This document shows, one piece after another, positions 55,445 through 64,000 of a DNA stretch of 64,000 bases (positions are counted from its first letter, which is position 1; each line of letters starts with the position of its first letter). The stretch is from Eledone cirrhosa (lineage: Eukaryota): NCBI GenBank assembly GCA_964016885.1, contig OZ024742.1, positions 229,834,001 through 229,898,000 of the forward strand, in the 5' to 3' direction. The translations under genes and the position numbers were made by a program. The notes beneath the pieces were generated by a model. The model searched no databases. It was not told where the DNA came from and saw nothing but the letters and a program-made list of their open reading frames with translations.

Positions 55445-56403
55445 ATAAGACTAAATGTTACATAACACCTATAACAATAAACTCACTAAAGTTTACACCT
55501 CGTGCGTTGAAAGTCATATGCGGTGCGAGTGGTTATGCTAGAAATAATAGCCTATTTACACTCATTTTTATAAGCTCAACAGATAAGGAGCCTAAATACA
55601 AATAAAATATAGAGTTATTAACTCATATAGATACCCTGCAATTAACAAGCTGAAAGTATAAATACTGAGCATTATAATATTAATATGTGTAGAAGTAAAC
55701 ACAGTAAACCCGTGTCTACGAGGGAAGATTACACCACAAATGTTATATATCATTCAACCTGAATCATATGGGATGTTACAAGATTTCTTACAAGATTTAT
55801 GATTCAGCTTGAATGATATATCACATTTGTGGTGTAATCTACCCTCGTAATTTTAGACACGGGTTTACTGTTTACTTCTACACATATTAATAGTATAATG
55901 TATAATATATAATTGTATCTTTTTTTTTACTTTTTACTTTTTACTTTTTACTTTTTACTTTTTACTTTTTATATCTGTAACTTCTTTACCTATTATCATT
56001 ATATTTTATTATCGCTGTTATTGTTTTGATTCTACGCTATTTCTTTATATATATACCATGCCATGTATGAATTATTTGTGTTCTGAGGATTTGATCAGAG
56101 GTAAATAATGTATTGGTGATCGAGTGACGAATCTTCGGGCGATTAGCGGCCTCTAGACTCACCTGATCAATGAAACAATTGTTAATACCTGAAATAAAGC
56201 CCCTTGTTGTACAGCCGACCATGTTACTCTTCAATCTTTCATTATTATTACTCCAAGTATAACCTGCATAGGAATTACCGCGAACTCGCTGCCTAAATAT
56301 GGACACTTCTTGTTGAGTCAAACAAAACCGTACTTTAAAACTATCCACGGCACAGGGTACTCACAACCTCTAACTGGATTACCTATAACGATAACTTGTT
56401 ATC

Positions 56404-56485
<82 letters not shown>

Positions 56486-57831
56486 ATAGTATATTTAGCA
56501 ATATACAGTATGTTTAATTAAAACATTTAGAAGACCAATCGCTATTAGTTTTAAAGTAGTGACTATGTCACTTACTTATTTTCGGCGAAAACAATCACTC
56601 TCCCTTGTTTTCTATTGATACTACAATGGCTACTGCCCCACCCGGTTGCTCCTGACTCACACCTTTCTCCTCTCATAACCCGTATTGTCTCTAAATTCTC
56701 GGTCTTGATATTCAGAATGTCAGCCCTATGAATTTACTTTCCGCCTCAAGATTTTTCTACCGGCGTTGACATGTAAGAGTTTAAGGGGAGCATCAACGAT
56801 ATCGAACGCCCTTGAAAGCTATGAACACTGTCCGCTAGCTCCAAACCTACTGAATATAGAAACATCAAACATGATAACATGTGTATATGGTAATAAGGAG
56901 AATAGCGAGGAAAAGACACATAACTCGTAGAGTCATAGGTGGTGGTCATGACAGATGGCAAGTCTTAGGTATTTTATACGATACGGAGCCTAACACTTCC
57001 CAGATCTAAGTACTAACGATGTAGTTTAGATAGATAGATATATAGATATATAGATTTGTTTCTTTATTAGCCACAGGGTCACAAAAGAAGGGGACAAATA
57101 CAAAGGGGGAAGTCTACATACAATAAAAACGTGTAAAATACTATCACAAATGCAATTGAAAAATTAATCGATTTTCCCCAATAGGGGGAGACATTACATA
57201 TGGGTAACACAATAATAGATAGATAGATAGATAGGTAGGTAGGTAGATAGATAGGTAGGCAGGTAGGTAGATAGATAGGTAGATAGATGAAAGATGAATA
57301 GATAAATAGATGGAGAGGGAGAGAGAAAGAGTGAGGGGGCGGGGGAGGAGATACCAGTGCTGGACAGATACTGTATTCATTGACCTTGACAATGCAAACA
57401 AGTAAATTTGACCTCGGCGAGCTTTGAACTAAAGAGAAGTGAACAAGAACAAATGGCAAGACATTCAATACTACTTCATGATTCTGCCAATTCACCGCCT
57501 TGCATATAATAATATATTATACAAATTCCTCTGTTAGTTTCGGTAGTTCAGTTTCCGTTATATATTCTGGTATTGAAATGGAAAGTTATATTTCATCGAT
57601 TCACTTCTAAATAATGTTGAAGCTCATAAGACAGAAAAGATGCACCTATAATCTAAGGTATATGCACTGAATACTCCCAACCATACACTATTTATCTGTT
57701 ACATCTATCTCTCCTAACTTTGTTTTATCTCTACTTTAGTCAAATCGTTTGTTCCAGAAAAGAATATATAATTCCTTTTTATGTGACGCAAGTCTCCTTT
57801 GTTAAATTGTATTTATATACGTACATATTTG

Positions 57832-57868
<37 letters not shown>

Positions 57869-57884
57869 CTGTGTGTGTGTGTGC

Positions 57885-57970
<86 letters not shown>

Positions 57971-58214
57971 ATATGTGTATGTGTGTCTGTGTATAGAACA
58001 TCTTATAAAAAATCAGGGGTAGATTAGTGTAGAAAGATTTCTATGATTTTGTATAAGATGCACTATATGTATTTGCTTCTCCGAATGATATTTTTTAGCG
58101 ATCCCTTTTCATTGAGAATTTATGTATATTCTGATAATTTTACCTACGCCCCCCCCCCATATATATATATATATATATATGCATATATGTATGTATATAT
58201 ATATATGTATGTAT

Positions 58215-59400
58215 GTGTGTGTGTGCATAAATGTCGTGAGGTGGCGAACATGTCCGTGATCTACTACCGCCTGACCGTCGTGTCTTGCACCCGTTCCAGC
58301 CACACCAAATTGGAACGGCTCCTTTTCTAGTGGAGGGGGCAGATTCCGTTGGTTAATTGATCCATCTGCTGCCAGCACCCTCTACATGGAGGGCTGGGTA
58401 TGCCTTGGCTAATGATGAGTAAACATGAGCTTAGGCTGAGGTATCTCCGGATACCTCAGCCTAAGCGCATGTCTCTGCTTAAACGTTGAATAGGTGCGGT
58501 CGCTGTTTCTCAGACGGGTCTTTCGACAGCTCGTCTCTTTCACAGGACTGCAGCCCTGGGTCAACAAGAGACCAAGACTGGCCGCCTGGCATCTGGAATG
58601 TTGCCAGGCGTTCACAGGCCGCTACCAGGTGGGCAATGCGGTCAGTGGAATTTCGACTCTCGATTTCTATAGAGGATTAGTGGCGGGCAAGTGCGACGAC
58701 GCTCTCTGGGGGGTTCCGAGCGTAGACCAATTTGAACTAACCAGTCTGTTCCGGACAACCTATAGATAACTTCCAGAAACCCATCGCTTGGCACTGCTAT
58801 CCGGGAGCACTGCCGGTTCGACATAGACTCTACAGGCACGATCGAGCGGTCAGGCGGACATGCCCGTGATGCGCGCAGAATGACGAAATTGTTCTGTGCG
58901 CACTCGTACAGTGTCCGTGCATTACTGACTTGTGGGGACATTTTGTAAGTTGTTGTCACGTATAGGACGGATCCAGCTATCGACCGAAGCCATAGTAAAG
59001 ATAGCCCGAGCGCTTTATTTGCACTGGGAAGAGGAAGCAGTTTTCCTTTCCCTGGTAGCGGTAGCGAAGGATGTTGTGTGGTGGACCAGGTTAAAAGGAC
59101 TAAAGACAGACACTTTTCAAGTTTCACCTGGGAAGGAAGGTGGGGATGGAGAGAGAAGTGCTAAGTACATTTGCTAAAAGTTGGGTGAATGTGGCAAGAA
59201 TGGCCCGTGTGAAAGGACCTACTCCAAGGATGTGCCTGTAGGCATTTTAACTTGAGGAGGAGAGGGATGCTCTGCCTGGATGCCCTCGAAGCGTCAGGGG
59301 TTTCATGATTAGTGGCGTGTCTGAATCGCAAATGGTGGTTCACCCGCTTATTGGGAAAATCTGTTGTTTATAATTTTCTTGTTTATTGTTATTATTTACA
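58215..59400 (+). mobile_element. L1/Tx1-clade LINE 3' relic
   Basis: VIYYRLTVV..KLERLLF and GGLGMP remnants, homologous to 33660-34800. Confidence 0.75.
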
Positions 59401-59490
59401 TTGGCAGTATCGGTAGAGGGTTGGACGCCATGTTTTCTAGCATAGTTACATCCCTTTACAGTCTGAGTTCAAATCCCGTCGAGATTAGTA

Positions 59491-60170
59491 CTAATTTTGT
59501 ATTTCTTCTCTGCGCGGGTTTTCTGGGATTTGGGATAAGTAGTCATTAGACCCCTTATGTATCATTCCTAGGGCGCCTAGTACTGGTATTGTTTTAGGTC
59601 TCAACTTCCACATTTTTCGAATCTCTATCTCCAGGTCTTTATACTTGCTCAATTTTTCAAATGTTTTTATAGATACATTGTTGTCTATTGGAACGGCCTT
59701 GTAAATTAGCAGGTATACACTCTTTTTTAAGTCCTTCAGTATTATATCAGGTCTATTTGCATCTATTTTTCGGTCTGTTTGGATGCTAAAGTTCCACAAG
59801 ATTGAGATGTGGTCTTTTTCAAGTATGGGAGTTGGTTGATGCTCCCACCAATTCATTTGATGGGGCAATTCAGAATGCTTGCACATTACCCAATGTATGT
59901 ATTGTGCAGCTCTGTCGTGCCTGTTTAGGTATTCGGTTGGACCTATAGGACTGCACATTGAAATTATTTGATCAATGGTCTCTGGTTGTTTTTTTACATA
60001 CACGGAATAATGGGTGTGCATCCGTTTTTTATGATGTTGGCTTGATATTTTCATTACTGTATCTTTGTGCATATTTTGTAATGAAGTATGATCTTTTGAT
60101 GCTTTCATGTTTCAAAACGAGTTTGATCATCCAATCATGTGCCTCTCTTAAATATGTAGATAATCCAATT
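59491..60170 (-). mobile_element. R4/Dong-like LINE 3' fragment (CCHC-like region plus restriction-like endonuclease) inserted into a SINE S1
   Basis: ETIDQIISMC..EYLNRHDRAAQYIHW..TDRKIDANRPDIIL..VPIDNN..EKLSKYKDLEIEIRKMW. SINE halves lie at about 59400-59485 and 60180-60300. Confidence 0.85.
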
Positions 60171-60399
60171 GTTAACCTCAAACCCCGCCGAGGTTAACTT
60201 TGCCTTTCATCCTTACGGGGTCGATAAAATAAAGTACCAGTAATACACTGGGATAATTGTTGGCCTTGTGCCAAAAGTAGAAACAATTATTATTATTATT
60301 ATTGGTCTAATCGGACGTATTTTGCTTCTCCCAGTAAGTCGCTTTATTTGCCTGTTATAATTATTTGTTAAATTAAAAAAACCCAAAAACCTGGCTGAT

Positions 60400-63300
60400 C
60401 CACGCCACACAGTAATATGTCTGCTGTCGTGTGACAACGGCGTAAAAGTTGAGAGGAGGGTTAGTGAAATTCATACAACAAACACCACCACAAACAACGT
60501 TAACAAAGACAACAACACTGAGAACACTAATTTCTAAAAAATTACCACACCAACTACAACAATAACAGCGGCAACCAAAATACAGAAAACAGAAAAAATG
60601 ACAACAAATGCAACAACGATATTAACACCACTAACAAGAAAATAAACAACGACAACACCAACAGAAGCAATAGAAATTGCACCAAAAACAACAGCAATGG
60701 TGGCACCAAAAACACAATCAACTACAACAGTAATAACAGCAACAACAGCAACAACACAGTTTGTAGCAGTAGCAACAGCAACAGCACCAACAACAAGATC
60801 AGTAGCAGCAGTAGCGGCAGCAATACTGGTGCCGCTGAAAAAGGGGGAACTTCTTTCGCAGGTGTGGCCCGAAATATAGAGACAGTGCTAGTCACGGAGG
60901 AGGAGATGGCAGTCGTAAGGGCCATGGTGTCGAGAAACGACAATAGAATTTGCCTGAACCTCCACCCGATTTCTCCAAAGACCAGCAACTGCGCACGGTG
61001 ACTTACCGCACCGTAAGCATAATGTCACATCGGGTAGAGAGGGTCACAGTGGCTCAAATCAAAAAGGTCTTGGGGTGCAAAACCCACATCAACCGAGGCA
61101 AAAGGTACGCCACAATAGACGTACTTTTCGTCACCCTCCAAGAGGCGAAGTCTTACTCTTTGGAAACCCTAAAGAGTGAGGAGATAGTCTTGGTGCCCTC
61201 CTACTGTGGGCAGAAAATTGTGAGGGTCAAAGTGACCCAGGTTCAGCCCGACGTGCCCATACCTTGGCTGGCCGCATTTGTACTGGCTGGAATCAAGGAG
61301 AACACCACCATACTGCAAATATAGAGAATGGGAAGAGGGAACTGGTCAGGAATAGGCATGCAAATGCTAATACAGACTGACCAGGAGTGCATCGGGGCCA
61401 TCCCAGACATCATAGACCTCGATGAAGGACACCAACTCCCTATACGCGTGGAAGGAAGGCGCCCAAAGTGCTATCTCTGTGGGCAGAAGTGTCACCATTC
61501 TTCCCGCAGAAGACAGCCAAGAAGAGGACCCTCCTCCTTCCGACGCCTGATCTGCTTCTACCAAGAGCATGGCAGGCACAGAGGCAGAAGTCACTTCCAT
61601 GGTGAATAGGAGGGCAACGTCCGTGGCACCCACGCCAAGGCCACGGACAACTAAAGCAGCGACAGCATTTAACAACAATAGAGGTAGAAACAGAGGCGGC
61701 GGTATTGACAATAACACATGTGGTGACAGCACAAAGCAGAATCCGGAACCTACTCGTGTGGCGGCATTCGAGGACGTCCGGTGTGCTCGGTCGGATGCCC
61801 GAAAGGATATCTGTCAAATTCGGATCTGTATACACCCAGAGATGCGACGTGGGAGAGACCGAGTTTTTTTTTTTTTTTTCTTTCGACAACCGGAGCTGTA
61901 AGACCCGCCCTACATCTCCGAAAGTTACTTCTCATGGCGGGTGATGTCAAGTCGAACCCTGGCCCATCCTGCGCGGGATGTTCGAGGAAGACCCGACAAG
62001 ACTTCGTGCCCATTTCCTGCTCGACTTGCCGACATATCTTCCACAGGATCTGCAGCGACCTGACTCGAATACAGAAAAAGAGTCCTCAAGGCTTCGTGTG
62101 TGGCTTCTGTCGGGGGAATAATGTTGTGCCTACCATCCGTCCTGCAGCGATCTCCATTCGCCGATGTCAAATCTGCCATGCAAAAATTCTTTCAGACAAC
62201 ACGCCCCTCTTATGCTCTACATGTCTTCTGCGGTGATGGGAGGAGTCGTCTGAACACATCTGGCTACGATGCATTGGCGATCGAGAGAAACCATCACCAA
62301 CTGGGCACATCCTTAGAGGAATTAGTCCGTCTCCCAGTTGCTTCTCTAGCGCTTCTGAGGAGGATCTTCAGGCGCCTGAGGTGATTAAAAGAAAGAAGAA
62401 GAAGCGACAGCAGTGGCGGCATCACTAACAGTCGCAGTAGCTACACCGGCGCCAAAATCGCCGGAGCGGGCTCCACTACCGCCACCAATAGCAGTGGAGC
62501 TCATACCCCTGCCAGACGCCACGGAATCCGACATATAGTATGAGGCGGGATGGAAGTGGCAAACGGTCTGCCAAAAAAGCAAATAAGGAAAATCCCCTTA
62601 GCTTCACCCTCCAAAAGCGAAGGCAAACAAGAGGGTAAAGGCTGCAATGAGACTTGCAGCAATCCCACCACCATCACCATCACAAACATCACCACCACCA
62701 ACAACCACACCACCACCAGCACCACCAAAAACACCAATATCGCAAACACAACAAAACACACACACCCAACAGCAACAACAAGAAAACAGCAACAAAATCA
62801 CCCCTCCCTCCAAAACGTACGTAGCCATAAATATGGCAAATAAAAGAACTCTTACCACATATAAAGCAGCACACAGACATCACAGAAAAAAACTACTACA
62901 CCCCACCAACACCAAGAACTCTCCCGAAAAACATAAACATCATTAAAAGAAAAATTCCCAACGTAGTTGGAGACTTCAGAAGGTCTGTTACCAAGAGGAT
63001 ATACACCGACATCCCCTTGGAAACACCCATGACCAACCAAAGGGACGGTTCTACTGTCCCTTCACCACACGATCAAGGTAAGTGATCCTTTCTCACTTAG
63101 CCCGTTTCTCACCCAACATGACCGTATTAGAATATGCAGTATAAATGTACGTGGCCTGGGATCATCTTGGAAGCAGGGTCACATGCTCAACGACCTCAGG
63201 TTACTAAACATAAATGTGTTGGCCATCAGCGAGACCAGAATCTTCAAAGCACGAGCCTTCGCAGCGATCTTCGGCGGCTACGATATATACAAATCTCCAA

Positions 63301-64000
63301 GCCGTCCAGGATCGGGGAGAGGGGTTGCCGTGCTTTTTCGGAGAGGCTTGGATCTCGCCATACAAGCCATCTTTCTGGACCCAGAATGTAAGTCGGTGGT
63401 GCCGACAGAGGCAGGGCGGCCAGATTTCTTCAGACGTCTTGAGACCTTTCTTGGAACGTCCCGCTCTTTAGTATTAGTGGGCGACTGAAATGGTATCTCA
63501 GATGCATGCTGGGATTATGTGGGGCTAGTAGACAGGGAAGGAGGGTGTAAAAGCCTCAAGAACCTGCTCAGACGTTTTGAACTCTCTGACAGGTATAGAC
63601 TGGATTATCCGAATGTTCCAATGTGCACATGGGCAAATCGCATCGGGTCATCCAGATCGTATTTAGATAGGGTATTCTGTAGGGAAACAGATAAGGCTAG
63701 CGTAGGCTGTCCTCAATTTAAAGTAGCCGGATCAGAAATTTTTGATATGTGAAGTTGACTTAGATAAAATCCATAGGCAAGGGCTCAGCTACGTCGTTCC
63801 CGGCGCGCAAAGCTTACAGAGACCGGATTAGCAAATTAGTTAAGTGTGCGTTGACGGGTGCGATCGTCAACAACAGGTGTTGGTTTACCCTGAAAAGGGC
63901 TATTAGAGTAGAATCGATAACGTTTAGCAAAGGAGTAGTGATAGAGGAAAATAGAGTAGAGGGAGAGTTAGTTAGACAGCTAGAAGGGGCGTTTAGGACA
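60400..64000 (+). mobile_element. 5' part of an L1/Tx1-type LINE: ORF1-like region with zinc knuckle, 2A-like/PHD module and start of the APE endonuclease (degenerate)
   Basis: VEGRRPKCYLCGQKCH knuckle at about 61450, PHD at about 61970-62110, endonuclease motifs CSINVRGL, AISETR, GVAVLF, VLVGD and SYLDRVF at 63130-63680. Confidence 0.8.
61913..61966 (+). other. 2A-like (StopGo) peptide coding sequence
   Basis: HLRKLLLMAGDVKSNPGP, against the consensus D(V/I)ExNPGP with E>K. Confidence 0.7.

Overview
Eukaryotic, AT-rich, repeat-saturated genomic DNA with no confidently identifiable host gene. The SINE families and (TA)n/(CATA)n microsatellites look like a cephalopod (Octopus-type) genome, which is inference only. 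Most ORFs in the track are microsatellite artefacts. Protein-coding remnants are all mobile elements: a frameshifted near full-length RTE LINE (10.5-14.2 kb), Penelope-like element (PLE) RT/GIY-YIG fragments, L1/Tx1-type LINE pieces (one with a 2A-like peptide plus PHD finger), restriction-like-endonuclease LINE tails, Tc1/mariner relics, non-autonomous Helitrons and many SINEs. The main signal these do not explain is a set of short non-coding cassettes (0.1-1 kb), many unrelated in sequence, lying mostly in or beside (TA)n tracts and built as inverted or tandem-plus-inverted duplications. They carry type I hammerhead ribozymes (HHRs): about 13 with an intact CUGANGA/GAAA core and about 8 degenerate ones, all folded by eye. 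This looks like a dense, diverse population of TA-targeted PLE pseudo-LTR or retrozyme-like elements. Coordinates were read by eye and may be off by a few bases, more at the edges of decayed repeats.
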